A stretch of 64,000 nt of DNA from Eledone cirrhosa (Eukaryota), in contig OZ024740.1 of the NCBI GenBank assembly GCA_964016885.1, positions 128,898,001-128,962,000 of the forward strand, given 5' to 3'. Below, piece by piece: positions 13,166-26,880 of this stretch (positions are counted from its first letter, which is position 1; each line of letters begins with the position of its first letter). The notes below the pieces were generated by a model. It ran no database searches, had not been told where the DNA came from, and worked only from the letters and a program-made list of their open reading frames with translations. Both the position numbers and the translations under genes were made by a program.

Positions 13166-15482
13166 CTACAGGATGGTATACAGAGAAGGCCCATTTACAC
13201 GAGCCATTCTCGTCACTAGCACCCACCATTCATAAAACTGCCTGTGACCAAGCACCTCTCCCTCCATCCCTATCCTTCTTCCGAAGTGATATCGGAAGAA
13301 GTAGCCCAGACTATAGCCATAGAGGAAGTTGCCTGACCTCAGACCTTTCAATCGTGTCCACCAAACAACCTCTTTCAACATGGCTATTACGCACAGAAAA
13401 ACCGCCTTTGCTTCCTTTGTGAAGAGGGGAGGCGGCTTGATTGTTATCACGGACTCGGCGGTCAATCGAATCGGCGCCACCCGCGACAGCAGTCGTTCGG
13501 CTTAGCCCCACAGATCAGCCATGCCCGGACAGTGCATCATGCGTACGCAACGGTTTCTTCGTGACGCACGCATCTAGGGCAAATATTTTTCGAGGGATCC
13601 CTGCCCGGGCGCCCGTTTCTGTAGAGCTTTTCTCGAACGGGTAGAGCCCCCCCGGTAGCACTGCCAGGCCAGTGACTTCTGGGAGTTGTCCATTGGTCCC
13701 GGGCCGAAAGTCCTACTGAACAGGCTGGCCAGTTCGTCCTCTTCTATGTCCAGCGACTCTCCAAGGGTGTCATCGCCCCTGCTAGTCACCAGCCCTCTAT
13801 AGAATAACGAGATGGATTTTCCACCGATGGCCGGGTCCGCTTGTCAGAGAGCGCTGAGCGCCTGGGCACACTCAGTGTGCCAGTCGCCCAGTTTTCCGGA
13901 TCTTTGCTTGACCCAGGACTGCAGCTCGGTGAGCGAGACGAGTCTCGGAAAGGCTCGTCTCACGAACGGAGCCCACAGCGGTTGACCAGTGAGGAATACC
14001 TGTAGGTGCCGTAGCCTTAATGCGTGCCTACGCATCATCAACCACGGCATCCCCAGCCCTCCTTTCGAAGGTTGTTGGCAGCAGATGGATCTTCTCACCA
14101 TAGGAGGGCGCTTCTTCCAAATAAATTAAAAGAGCATGCGTTCCATGGTGGTGAGTGTTTCCTTAGGGAAAGGGACGACAGTCAGGCGGTAGTAGGTGAC
14201 GGACGCTATGTAAATGTTCGCCACCTCCGCCCGACCTTTCAGGGACTGCTTACACTTGGCCCATTTCTGGGTCAGTGCAAACACCTTGCTCGTAATCTCG
14301 CCCCAGTTCTTTTCCACCTGGAGCTCCGGTCCAAACCAGACCCCAAGCAACTTTACCGGTCCCTCCGTCCAGTGTCCGACGACACCGTCGGGAGGCATAT
14401 GTCTGCCTCTCCACGTTCCGCGTTGCAGCCCGATGGATTTTTCCCGGTTAAGTTTCGCTCCTGACAACCTTTCGTATTCCTCCAGTAAGCTACCGATCGC
14501 CTCGATCTCCGAGTCGGTCGATACCATTACTGTTACGTCATCGGCGTAGGCCGACACCGCTTTTCTCAATCCTGGTTCCAGGGGGATACCCTGCAAAAAC
14601 TCCAACTTCCTCAGTAAAGGCTCGAGAGAGGGCACCCCTGTCGAATGGATCGTGTGATTTCGAACGGCTTCCAAAGGTAGCCGTTCACCTTGATCCTAGA
14701 ACAGATATGGTTGCTATGTAAGGCAGTGATCCAGCCTCTGAAAACAGGACCGAACCCAGCCGCCGCTAGCACCGCATCCAGATAACCATGGTTGACCCTA
14801 TCGAACGCCTTAGACTGATCCAAGTTGATCAGGGCCCCACCGAAGCCGGGTTTGTTGCCAACCCTCTCTATGAGGTATCGCATGAGGTGGAGGTTGTCGT
14901 GAATGGACCTGGATGGGATAGCACATGTCTGCGCATCTCCCACCAGGCTACCCACGACAAGCGCCAACCTCTTTGCTAACACCTTGGCCAACATCTTTAA
15001 CTCTGTGTTTAGCTGGGTTATGGGCCGAAAATTATTTATACTATCCCCCTTGTTCTCGTCCTTCCTCACCAGCGAGACTACGCTCTTGGCTACAGAACAA
15101 GGAATTCTCCAGTTCTGCTGCCAATTGCAGTAGACTGCTTCGAGGAGTTCAGAGAAGAAGACCGGCATTGGTAAATAAAGTTCGTAAAGTATACCATCGA
15201 GACCTGGCACTTGCGTCTGCTGCATTGGCTCAGCGCATCCCCGATCTCATCAGCCGAGATTGGTCCCTCGCAGGACTCTGCCTCTTCGCTCGAGAGACGC
15301 GGCAGGCCGTCGAGGTATGGATCGAAATCCACGTCCACGCCCGGACACTCGCCTCCCCCGAACAATCGGGCAAAGTGCCTTTGAAATGCCTCGCACATCG
15401 GCTTAGGCTCCCGGATCACCCGTCCATCCTCGTCTTGTAAAGACCGGATGGTGGATCGATTTCCACTCTTAGCTTCTGTCAC
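13166..15482 (-). pseudogene. Tx1 ORF2 reverse transcriptase and C-terminal region (frameshifted pieces)
   Basis: PGLDG, NFRPITQLN, LDQSKAFDRV, IRQGCPLS, AYADD, KLLGVWF, SKGGLG, CPRC..ET..HCP across ORFs 14611-15225, 14126-14674, 13844-14101 and 13166-13480. Confidence 0.92.
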
Positions 15483-15488
15483 GCGGGC

Positions 15489-16577
15489 CTAGCCAACGGC
15501 TTTGGCCCCCTCATTTCCTAGAGCACGTATTTTACTTCGAATGATGCAGCCTTCGTGCTTTGCATCGAAAAACTGGCTCAAGGCCGTCCTCGATGCCAGC
15601 AATCTGGCCACATCTTCGCTCTTGATTGCCACTTCTAATTTACCTGTTAATTCTTTCTCGTTCCTATTCCTATCGGCAGCTAACATCTTGCTATAACTTA
15701 TTGATTCTGTTCTTATCTCTCTTTTGAGAGATGCCCACCATCGGTTGTTGACGATTGCACCCGTCAACCTCTCCTTAACTAATCTGCTAATCCGGTCTCT
15801 GTAAGCCTCTTTTGCCGGTAAAGACAAATTAAGTTTCCAGTAACCGTGACCCTGTCTCTGTGTTCTCTCGAGGTTGACTACGCAGGTCACTAATTTGTGA
15901 TATGTATAGCCAACCGTTAGCATTTCTGGACAACTTAATATGTCCCTATCCTTACTTCTAACTAAGAATCTATCTAAGTACGATCTAGATTGACCACTGT
16001 GGTTCGTCCAAGTCCAGGTTGGCACAATTGGAAAATCTAGTCGATATCTATCGACCAAGTTAAAACGGTCGAGTAACCCCTTGAGGCTGTTACGCCCCCC
16101 TCTATTAGGACATACTCCTGCATAGTCCCAACGTGCATCTAGGATGTCATTCCAGTCCCCCGCTAGAAGCAGGGAACGCGACGTTTCTAGAAAAGTCTCC
16201 AGACGCTGGAAGAAGTCGGGTCGTTCAGCTTCGGAAGGGGAGTAGACGGCGACCAGTCTCAAGGCCGCACCTCCACTACTGCCAACGTCTAGCACCAACA
16301 AACGACCTTCCGGGTCCGAGTGAACAACCTGTACGGCGAGACCCAGGTGTTTTTCCAGCAGTACGACAACCCCACCCCCACCTCCAGGTTGACAGAGAGA
16401 TGCGTGCACCTCAAAGTCATCGAAGGTAGGGGCCAGCTGCCGCACGACGCTGATCCGCGTCTCACAGATAACCATTACATTTATACCACGTGACCTGAGG
16501 TCATTTAGAAGCTTTGCTTGCTTCCAAGTTGAGCCCAGGCCACGTGCATTCAAACATCCTACTCTTAACACATCCAT
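15489..16577 (-). CDS. Tx1 ORF2 N-terminus: apurinic-like (APE/EEP) endonuclease, prematurely terminated
   Basis: LNARGL, ICET, VYSP, AGDWN, SYLDRFLV, YTYHKLV (normally SDH), GYWKLN. Confidence 0.9.
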   Translation of the reverse strand: MDVLRVGCLNARGLGSTWKQAKLLNDLRSRGINVMVICETRISVVRQLAPTFDDFEVHASLCQPGGGGGVVVLLEKHLGLAVQVVHSDPEGRLLVLDVGSSGGAALRLVAVYSPSEAERPDFFQRLETFLETSRSLLLAGDWNDILDARWDYAGVCPNRGGRNSLKGLLDRFNLVDRYRLDFPIVPTWTWTNHSGQSRSYLDRFLVRSKDRDILSCPEMLTVGYTYHKLVTCVVNLERTQRQGHGYWKLNLSLPAKEAYRDRISRLVKERLTGAIVNNRWWASLKREIRTESISYSKMLAADRNRNEKELTGKLEVAIKSEDVARLLASRTALSQFFDAKHEGCIIRSKIRALGNEGAKAVG

Positions 16578-16610
16578 GTGGGCGGCAAAGCCAAAGGAGA
16601 GTGTAGAGAC

Positions 16611-18505
16611 CTACCTTTCTGCTTCCCGGGGTTCGGGTCGCACGACTTCCATGGGTTCGGGGGTGTTGGGTGAAGGGGTGTCTTGTGGTGGTGTGGGGTC
16701 GTCAGTTTGTGGTGGGGTTGGGGTGTTTGGAGTTGTGTTGGGGAGGGGAAGGGGAGGGGGAAAACTTTTTAGGAGGACGCGGTTCATGGGTTTGACAGAG
16801 GGTAGTCCTACGTCCTCCTTAAAATCCTTTTATAGTTTTTGGTAGAGGTTTATTGGGACCTTTATTCATTTTAATTGTGGGTTGTTTTCTGAAAAACTAA
16901 AATTACCCCTTCGGTTTGTACCGAAGGGTTATTGCTTATCAGTTCATTTAATTTATTATTGTTTCTGTTGATGTAAGTATAGTGTAATGTCTTTTTTTCG
17001 GATGGTGTAAGTGTTTCGAAGAGGGGAGGGGCAGGTTTTGTTTTGTTTGTTGGTGGAGGGGTGTTTTGTGTTTTGTTGGATTGTGTTGACATTTGGCCTT
17101 GTGTGTTTTGCACATGTTTTCTTTTTTTCCTTTTAATCTGTCTGAAGGACTCCGTTTCTTCCTCCGAATTCGTTGGGTTATCTTCAGTGTTGGAGGGAAG
17201 AGGTATGTTTGCTGGTAGTGTTTCCGTGTTAGTTTTCTTTGTGGGGGAGATGGATGTCACTATGTTAGACTGTGTTGTGTGTTGTGGCTGCGGTGGTTGT
17301 GTTGTTTTATTGAGTGAGAGGTTGGGTGGGACTGTGTTTTGTTTTGGGGTAATGTGTTGTGTCTGTTTGTGCTGTGGTGGTGGTGTAGTTTTACTGAGGG
17401 ACGGGTTGGGTGGGACTGAGTTTTGTTGTTTGTTTATCTGTTGTGGTGGTCCTAGAGCTGGTGTTGGTAGAAGGGTTTTCTTCTTGTTGAGTTGGGGACA
17501 AGCCGCCTTCAGGTGCCCTCTGCCTGCACAGATATGACAGGACGGCCTTCTCCCCTCCACGCTAATGTTTATATAGCCATGGCCCTCTAATATGATTCTA
17601 TCGGGTATTTGGGCAATGCGTTCAGGCTTCATTTGCACTACAAGTTCTATACCTGTTCCACTGAACGCATTGCCTGTGGTCTTCCCAATGGAAATCACGT
17701 TGTCATTCGCTGGATCGATGAAGCCAGCTATGAGCCAGCAGTAGTCCATATCTGGCATCATCGCATCCAGCCATATGCGCTGAGTTCTTTTACCCATATA
17801 AGATGGATAAAAGGTAAAATTTGTCGAACGAATCGGCGACAAAGCATATTTTTTCGCCGCCGATTCGTTCTTCATAATAATGGCCAGTCTTCCATACAGC
17901 CTGTCTCTTCTTATGAAAGTGGCTTCATTAAATACTTCTCTAAGTACCGCTTTAATTTCTACTTGCGTTGGTTGTGGCTTTTTTGAGATGTTGTTGATGG
18001 TGCGGAAAACGACCGTCCCACTTTCAATATCTTTGGTGAGTTCTTGGGGCATTTTTACCGACAAGGCTCCATTTTCCCCTTGAGTTATGAATTGTTTGGC
18101 GTTTTTTATTCTTTGTGCCACATCTGAAATATTTTCAGGTATGTACGTTAAAGATTTTGTTGTTGTTTGTGCAAATGAGATGTTATTGGTGTTGACTTTG
18201 TCGTCTGTTTTGCTTTATGTTATGATGTTGTTGTTTTCAAATGTTATTTTTGTCTTTGTTGTTTCTTTGTTTGTGGTATTAATATTGTCATGCAATTCTT
18301 TCAAATTTTTGTTGTTGTTGGGATCAATCTCCAGATTTGTGTTTTCGTCGATATTTTTCTCCGCACATTCGTCTGTTTTTATTTTCTTTTTTCTTTCCTT
18401 CTCTATGACGTTAGTTGGGAAGGAAGGGGGGGGATTAAAGCGTGCGAGCTTGCAACTCTTACCGCTGTCTCCCCACCACTATTTTCGTTAGCTTCATTTA
18501 ACATT
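16611..18505 (-). pseudogene. Tx1 ORF1 (Gag-like, single CCHC zinc knuckle, Pro/Thr-rich tail)
   Basis: CHICAGRGHLKAAC in ORF 16871-18121. The frame extends upstream past one TAA (~18219) and a frameshift in a homopolymer run towards an ATG at ~18505, and continues in another frame to ~16611. Confidence 0.8.
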
Positions 18506-18724
18506 TCTTCCAGACGATTGAAATTTTATGCAACAACATTTAAAAAAACAGGTTTTTCACCCCTGGGAGGGGCGAAAATGAGCTGACCCACCGCCTGACA
18601 GTTCAGTCAAGATACACAATAGTATCAAAATAAAAATTAAACTTACAAAATTTCCGCAATAAATTTTAACAAAACTTCTGCGCGAAGTGAATTACGTCTA
18701 CGCTATGGAACAGACGACAGCTAG

Positions 18725-19072
<348 letters not shown>

Positions 19073-19189
19073 ATTTATGTTAACAGAAAGAACAAAACAT
19101 ACAACACATTTCAATGAAGATATATATTAGTTTAAAGCTTGATTTAGCAAGTAAATCCCGCTTCGGTAACGGATGAACATGGATGTGTA

Positions 19190-19480
19190 CCTAGAAATTT
19201 TCCCTTCCGAGGTACGAATCCGGGCAAGATATTTCTGGACGATCAGCAGACGCCTATGAATACCAGTCTACCCTCAACATACCCGCGATGCTGCCCAAGG
19301 GGACGTCAACGACCAATGCAGCTTGGCACTGATAACGTCATGACTAAATTCTACAACTCTGTGAACTGAAGCAAAGTTAAATAAACGTATTGCTCAAGGA
19401 CACAACGGATCATCTAGTCTGAGATTAAAACTCACAATCCTACTATTAAAGGACGAACACTCAAACCCTAAAGCCATATG
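19190..19480 (-). mobile_element. Decayed CORE-type SINE
   Basis: aaataaacgtattgctcaaggacacaacg is the reverse complement of the gtgtccttgagcaa motif. Confidence 0.55.
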
Positions 19481-20410
19481 TATCGGATACTATTCATTCG
19501 TCAGAAAGTCGAATAATAAATAAAAGATGCAAAATATAATATATCTGTCTAACTGCATATTGGCTCTTCGTAACAAAGAAACCTGTGCATATGCGTGCAA
19601 CTTGTGCATGATTTGTAGTTTGTTCGGAAATGTGTGAATGTAAAGATGTATGGCTTTATAAGAGTGTGTTTTCGAGTAATTTATGAGCATTATACTTTTG
19701 GCATGACATAGTTTTAATTTGCCAGCGTTAACCATATCCATTTCACCATGATATATACTATAAAAAATTAATATGTGTAACGAAGGGGATCTGGAGTTTA
19801 CAAGCTGACAATGCGTTATCTCAAAACAATCAGTGAAAATACAAGCGGTTTCTATTGTTCCCAATGCCCACAATCATGCAAACTAATGAATTTTTAAAGT
19901 ATAAATGTTGACAACGCAGCCCACTTACTGAAAATGTTATGTTTATAACCATGCAGGCAGAAAAGTATATATCTCGGTTCAACAAGTTTGGTTTCACTTG
20001 TATTTCTAATCAGCTCGTTTGAAATGCTTTGTAAAAGCAAGTTCCATCGAATGATTCATAAGCGAAAATACTTACGTGTTTTCCATGGAGTAAACAGCTC
20101 AATATGTTATTTCTCTTCTCGATTTACAATTATGTGGTAAACAGGCTACAAATGTTTACATACTTGGGATTCCTACGGACACCATCTACACACGCATTCA
20201 CTCACCCACTTATCTATGCACCCCCACACACACATACACACACAGACAAACACACACACACATATATATATATTAGAAAGTGAGGGTTTTTTTACAAAAT
20301 GAAAAATAACCGAAGTGTCCAACACGAGTGAAAGTATAAAGAAAAAAAGATGAAATCGAAAATACAACTGGAATCGTATCTTAAAATATATATATATATT
20401 TATTTGGTTC

Positions 20411-20446
20411 CTTTACCGGTTTCGCAGTTATTCTGCTTTTCAAAAG
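20411..20446 (-). ncRNA. Minimal hammerhead, U3-A8 core variant
   Basis: Minus strand: CTT TTGAAAA GCAG-AATAA-CTGC GAAAC CG GTA AAG. Confidence 0.65.
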
Positions 20447-20519
20447 TAGAGTTGAGATGGAGCGTCTGCAGTTTTACTCACATCTGAGAAAAAACCACAG
20501 ACCTTCCATCCCAACTCTA

Positions 20520-20555
20520 CTTTTGAAAAGCAGAAGAACTGCGAAACCGGTAAAG
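20520..20555 (+). ncRNA. Minimal hammerhead, U3-A8 core variant
   Basis: CTT TTGAAAA GCAG-AAGAA-CTGC GAAAC CG GTA AAG, with palindromic stem III ACCGGT. Confidence 0.65.
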
Positions 20556-20640
20556 GAACCAAATAAATATATATATATATTTTTTAAATAAGTCTCCAGT
20601 TGCATTTTCGATTTCATCTTTTTTTCTATATATATATATA

Positions 20641-21494
20641 TGGGTCCGGGTATGCTTTTTACATTCATTTCATTTATTGATTTATTGATAATTTATCTGA
20701 GTGTCCCGAATCTTCCATATCGCAATTGTTCGGTTATTTGGTTGATTGTAGACATATTCTACGTGTGACGGTATTTTAACGATAGTTATAGCTCTGATTT
20801 ATTTGAATTATGGAGCCCTCTGCCGCTCATCTCGAATTTTGTTTATCGTGAACTCGTGCGCCGATTTTTCGATACTCGATTATTCTACTATATTTAGCTC
20901 TAGACCTAGCTATTGACGAGTAAATTTTATTGTTCATTTTTTGTCGATTCTATTAAATGATGAATAGCTCCTGTTTATTTTAACATGTCTATTGAGCACT
21001 CTTATTCGATATGTGTTATTCCACATTTTCCCGAATATTTTTTGCGGATATAAAGGTTATCTCCCTTGCTGAAATCCATGTGCGTATTTTCAGCCTGGGT
21101 TTTGTCTTTTCATCCGTTCGGACAAAAGCTCGTTGAAGAAGTAACTCCAGTCCCCCGTTGTCTGTAAGTCTTATATGTTTATGTGAGCTGATAGAGGACG
21201 GTTTAAGGATTTACAGAAACCCAAGAAGCTAGATATACCATCTCTCTAGTGGATCCGGGTATGCTTTTTACATTCATTTCATTTATTGATTTATTGATAA
21301 TTTATCTGAGTGTCCCGAATCTTCCATATCGCAATTTTTCGGTTATTTGGTTGATTGTAGACATATTCTACGTGTGACGGTATTTTAACGATAGTTATAG
21401 CTCTTATTTATTTGAATTATGGAGCCCTTTGCCGCTCATCTCGAATTTTGTTTATCGTGAACTCGTGCGCCGATTTTTCGATACTCGATTATTC

Positions 21495-21502
<8 letters not shown>
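20641..21502. repeat. TA-flanked element with ~250-bp terminal direct repeats (20641-20893 / 21250-21502)
   Basis: Near-identical blocks at offset 609, with (TA)n on both sides. Confidence 0.85.
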
Positions 21503-21575
<73 letters not shown>

Positions 21576-22129
21576 CATCCTGTGGTACAGAGACCAGGAA
21601 GGCCATAAATTAGAAAAGTACTCGATGTATCGTATGAAGCAAAGTGTGTTTATTATATGTATACATTTTGATGAATTAGTTAAATCCTGAAAAGTGTTCG
21701 CATATTCCGTTTTCTGCAATCTAAATAAGTTTGAAATATTTATTCTTAGTCGAAATCCATAGAAGGCACATTTTTTGAAAAAAAAAAAAAATTATACATT
21801 GAAGTCAGGTTATGATAGCCCTTTCGTTATTTACGACCTATGACTGTCATATTTACCGACAAAGTTTCCTGAATTCAAATTTAAATCTGTTGCTACATTC
21901 CAAAAGTGTGTGCGTAATTTGAGTATTAATGGATTTTTTTTGTTTTGTTTTTGTGTGAAGCCCATCGTAAATTTGTTTTTATAGTAACTGCATTTTTTGT
22001 ATCAACTTTTCAAATAAAACTCATTTAGTTATCCGAAATAAATAATCCTAGAAATATGCCAACATATACACACACACACATACATACAATTAATCCGACT
22101 TGATCTCTAAGCGAAACCAATCCAGTTCA

Positions 22130-23380
22130 CGGATGTTATCTACGCACGTGTCACATGTCGGTTGGTTTTTGCTGTAAAAATGTCCATAAACTATTTCCTT
22201 AGGCATTATAACCACATGTCTGTTGTATCTCAACTGGCTTATCTCAATTTGGAAAAGCCCTGGTCCTACATTGAACGCCTCAGTGATCTCCGAGCTACGC
22301 ACATTAACAAGTAAATATATTCCAAAGACACTTCAGAGGAATCCCATGTCGGCATATTTCCGATCGCACTCTTTTAGTCATTACCCAAGACACATAACTA
22401 TAGTTATGGGTTGACCTGAAAACCTGATTGAAGAAGTGAGTTTTTGTATTTTACACCTACTTTCCTTCTTCCGTGGACCGAAAGCGAAACCTGGTTCATT
22501 ACTCACCCTCTCATGCAATCCTTGCATATAACTCAATCTCCCGCATTCAATCACACTTGAACATGACCCGAGATACCTGAACATAATTTCTACCTGGATC
22601 AGTGTGGAACCCCACTAACATGGAGAGTGCAGTATACAGGATTGCTTGAGAGGACGAGTGTTTGAGTATTCGGAGCACTAATTTGTTTTATCATGGGTGC
22701 AACATTGTTAGCAAAACTTCTGAAGTGCATTAACATCAACCCCTGAGGATTTAAATATTACAGTGTCATCCGCAAACGCTAGACGTCTAAACTTACACCC
22801 GCCAGTCATGATACCACTTACAGCCTGGCTGCGTATGTCAATGGTGTTCATGAATATTATGAATAGGTGATGGGAAATTACGCAACCTTGACGCAGTCAG
22901 ACACACACATTGGATGGTTTCGACTTAGCACCAGTTACTCGAACACAAATGAAAGGGTATTCGCATAGAGATATCAGGACAACTAGAAGCTGTACTGCAG
23001 ATACTTCCACAAGATATCGCGTAGAACACCGTCATCTGCGTTTTAAATATCTATGAAGGCGGCATGCACCACTTGGAAATACTTCCACTGTTAGCTATAT
23101 AGCTTGGAGATCACTCTCTAGCTGAATCAATCTCCCATATCTCTATTTTCTTTAAATTGGGATTATTACTCCCAATACCCATTGTATTTCCAGAACTCCA
23201 CGTCACCCAGAATACGATAGTCAGCCAGAACATACTTTCTCTATTTAAGGCTTTTAACATGTCGGGGAGAATTACATGCTCTGCAGCAGCCTTGCCATGT
23301 TTAAAATATTTAATATTTCTGACATCAGCCTAAAAATCACTTCAGGATGCACCTTGGTTACACCAGAAGATGTTGTTGAG
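22130..23380 (-). mobile_element. Decayed RTE-clade LINE (RT remnant)
   Basis: LRQGCVISHHLFIIFM..LAFADD, FRYLG and RSSEITEAFNVGPGLFQIEISQLRYNRHV resemble the RTE/Rex3 C-terminus. Confidence 0.8.
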
Positions 23381-25011
23381 ATTGCAACGCATATACATGC
23401 TAACCCTCTATTAGTATATATATTTTATTTGTATAACTAGTTGCTTTTATTATCACTTTGACATATTCCAATATTATTGACATTCTCAACCACATGCCAT
23501 CATCAGCCCATACAATAATTGCTATCCTGCTGAAATTAACTATCACCCATATATAAACTTGATTCCGAACACACCGTACGGTATCCCACACAATCACATA
23601 CTCCAAATGAAGAATGTTCTATCTTATCCGGACCTGAATGAAGCAATTAAATACATAACTTATTGACACTCTGACGGAGCTGACGTTATTATGAATTTCA
23701 CCTAGAATTAAACAATGCAAAGCTTGTTAGCGTGCAAGCCAGTCCAAGCGGAATATGCTCTTTATTTGAGATTTAACTAATTATTTAAAGAACTGTGTAC
23801 ATAACACTGCATTGTGTAGTGCCCTGATTTATAGTCTTTCTACATTCGCATCACGAACATTTCACACAAACACATATGTATATGTATATTTGTTTAAGTA
23901 TTTTGATAATTGGACAACGTTTATACTGGTTTGCTGCCATCTTGAATTTAGTCAGCAATATCACACCAAGTAATCGTTTGAAATATATATTTACCTTATC
24001 AAATTTTATTAACGGTAACGCTAATTTTTAAACATATATTAAGATAGCATATACATTAATGACGCTAACACTTGCTTGAAAGTAGTTTCTTCTCTGAAGA
24101 CCTTCCGTTGTCTATCTCTCCTGAAAATCGCTTACTACCTAGAGTTAATTGAATGGTTGTAAAAGCCCGACATAATTGTATTTTCCAGTTATCATGAGAT
24201 AAATGGAGAGTTCTGATTGCAAGCTGGATGTAACATGTGTGTTTGTATACATGTGAATGTAACGAAAGAGAAGTATATATTATGACGAGGAAATATTTGC
24301 ATTAACAATTTGTCTTGGACGCATTATTTCGAGTTTCACAAAAAAGTATCTCTCAGATGCTTAATTCAGAATTTCAGTAGACATAATTAGAAAGCTGAGG
24401 TATGGTTTTCAGATTCAATTCTATTTACAAATTTACATATGTAACACATTCTCCGGATAGACTGGATAGGCTCTATTCATGTATCTGTAATTATGTTTCT
24501 GCTAACCTGAAACACTAACTAAATGAATGGAACAAAAGAGAAAAAAACGTTGCAGAAAGGAAGAAGAATAAACCAAAGAGAAATAATCTCATAGTGAGAG
24601 GAAGAACAGATAGTGAGAGAATAAAAGAAAGACAGTCTTAAGCATGAGATGAAAAATGAAAGGAGTTTTCCCTATCTATCTATTTTTCTCTTTCGTAAAT
24701 CTCCAAAAATGAAACATTTTGCTCCATCGTTCTCATTCCTGTTTTTCTCTTGCTTTCCTATTTCGTCTCTCATTCTCTCTATATATACTCCGCCCATTTC
24801 TTATCTCATGATTTAGACACTTTTTCCTTTATTCTCACCATCTCTCCGTTTTTATGCTTAATATGAGCTCATATTTTAAATCCACACTTTGCTATGCACA
24901 ATCGCGTTTGAGATTCCCACAATAATATGAAAATTCATATACACTCATCGCTCCAATCCTTTTCAATTAATATTCAAATATGTGTTTCTTTATATGTAGA
25001 TATAGTTACAA

Positions 25012-25061
<50 letters not shown>

Positions 25062-26635
25062 GTGTGTATGTGTGTGTCTGTGTGTATCAGTGTGTATGTG
25101 TGTATGCATGTATGTATGTATATATGCCTGGTAATTGCTTGTTCGATAAATTAATAATAAATTTCTTCCGATTCACATGGTTTATATAGTAGTTATTTGT
25201 TTTATCACATTCCAAAGGTTATAGCCACATATCATCCGATCATTTATCATTCGATTTGATTTGATTTTCATTACGATTTACAAAATTATTTCATTAGTAT
25301 TTCTTTAATTCTTCTTCATTTTCTGTATGAATTAAACTTTATTCACGTACGAACGTAAATCTTCTTAATTTTCGACAAATTTATTCCCATTATGATGTCA
25401 AATGCGACTCGAACGTAATTTTCAATTCCACGCCTATTTTAGTTATATTACACGATTTTCATTTAATTAGATATAATTATATTTTCATAGCAATGAATAA
25501 TATAAAAAAAATAATATATCAAATTATGAAGGCAAAAGCAACCTAAACAAATAAAGCAAAAAATATATATAAATAAGTAAAAACATCTAACTGTGAGAGT
25601 ATAGTAATAGGTATCGATTTTCAAACTATATTTGTTTGAAATATCAATTTTTGACTATTTGCTATTAGTGTCATTAGCCAAACATATGAGACAAGAAAGT
25701 GAATATTGACTAAAACATTAACTCCTTCCATTAATGTATGAAATAAATATAAAACAAAGATGGAAAATAGAGGACACTATATATAAATATACTTCGACTT
25801 CTTCGAAAAATGTGATGTATTAAGTAAATATAAATTACAACTTACCTAAATAATTTATATCCAAACATACGGATGATGAAAGTCATTCCAGCCGTGACAG
25901 ATTCATCTTTATACATATACTAGTTTACTCTGGAGATTTTGCTGTTCTATCTACCAGGTCGAATTATGCATAGAGCCGTTTCGGTTAACTCCTGCCATAC
26001 ATGTTTTGAATGAGAATTTGTGTTGCTATCTAACCCCTCTAAAGAAACGTGCATACATGGTATGAAGAAAAAGACAAAGCACCTAGATATGATATTGGAA
26101 AGGATAAATGATACTTTAAGTAAAATTCAAATATTAGTTCCATTGCTATTATTTGTAAAGAGAATGGGATGCCCGAAATACATATTACATATATGATATT
26201 AGACTGGATGAACTGGGAGAAAGAGGGGTTAAGAGGAATCCGATGTGTTGTGCGGGAAAAAAGACTGTGTTTGTAGGTGTATGTGATGCGCACTTACAAT
26301 GATTGATGGGTGAAGAAACGTCAGGAAATGCTAGTCTAAGTTAGCTGCAGTGAGGTAGACTTATATACACCTAGGTAGGATTGGTGAGAGCTGACCTCAA
26401 ATCGCTGAGACTCAGAGAGGAGATGACGTAGAAATGCGTTGATTGGAGAGATGCTGTGCTGAGAAGTATCCATCCAACTCATGCAAGCGTTGAAAAAACG
26501 GGCGGAATAACGATTGTGTTGACGTATGTACTGAAACTTTAACGTTCCTGTGAACACCGAACGGACGGTCAAGGAACACAGAAGTGATATAATTGTGAAT
26601 GACCAAAATTTAAAAAAAAACATTCAACCTAATTG

Positions 26636-26880
26636 CTACGAGCATTCCATCATATCTAATGTTTCTTCGAAAGGATTTCGACAACTTAGTAAATATGAAG
26701 ATCTGTAAATTGAAATTGAGAAAATGTGGCATCTTAAAGCCTGTACAATATCAGTGATAGTCGGTGCACAAGGGCGATACAATAGAGAACTGAAAAATAT
26801 TTGGACCAGATACAAGGAGAGCCATCTCTGCGAGAGATGCAGAAAATAGTTCTGGTGGTCATTGCCCAGGTCCATATAAT
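26636..26880 (+). mobile_element. R4/Dong 3' RLE fragment
   Basis: NVSSKGFRQLSKYEDL*IEIEKMWHLKACTISVIVGAQG matches 63007-63267. Confidence 0.75.

Larger units (their letters stand above)
12951..18728 (-). mobile_element. Near full-length Tx1 (L1 superfamily) non-LTR retrotransposon, disrupted, inserted in (TA)n
   Basis: ORF1 with CCHC knuckle, ORF2 with APE, RT and C-terminal zinc finger, and a 3' UTR ending AATAAAGAAA. (TA)n lies directly at both ends. Confidence 0.92.
20335..20628. repeat. ~145-bp-arm palindrome with paired HHRs
   Basis: Arms mirror around ~20482; (TA)n follows on the right. Confidence 0.85.

Noticed and set aside
13105-18586. Plus-strand ORFs overlapping the Tx1 element (e.g. 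14925-15440, 17043-17537)
   Set aside because: Antisense shadows of GC-rich or compositionally biased coding sequence, with no motifs.
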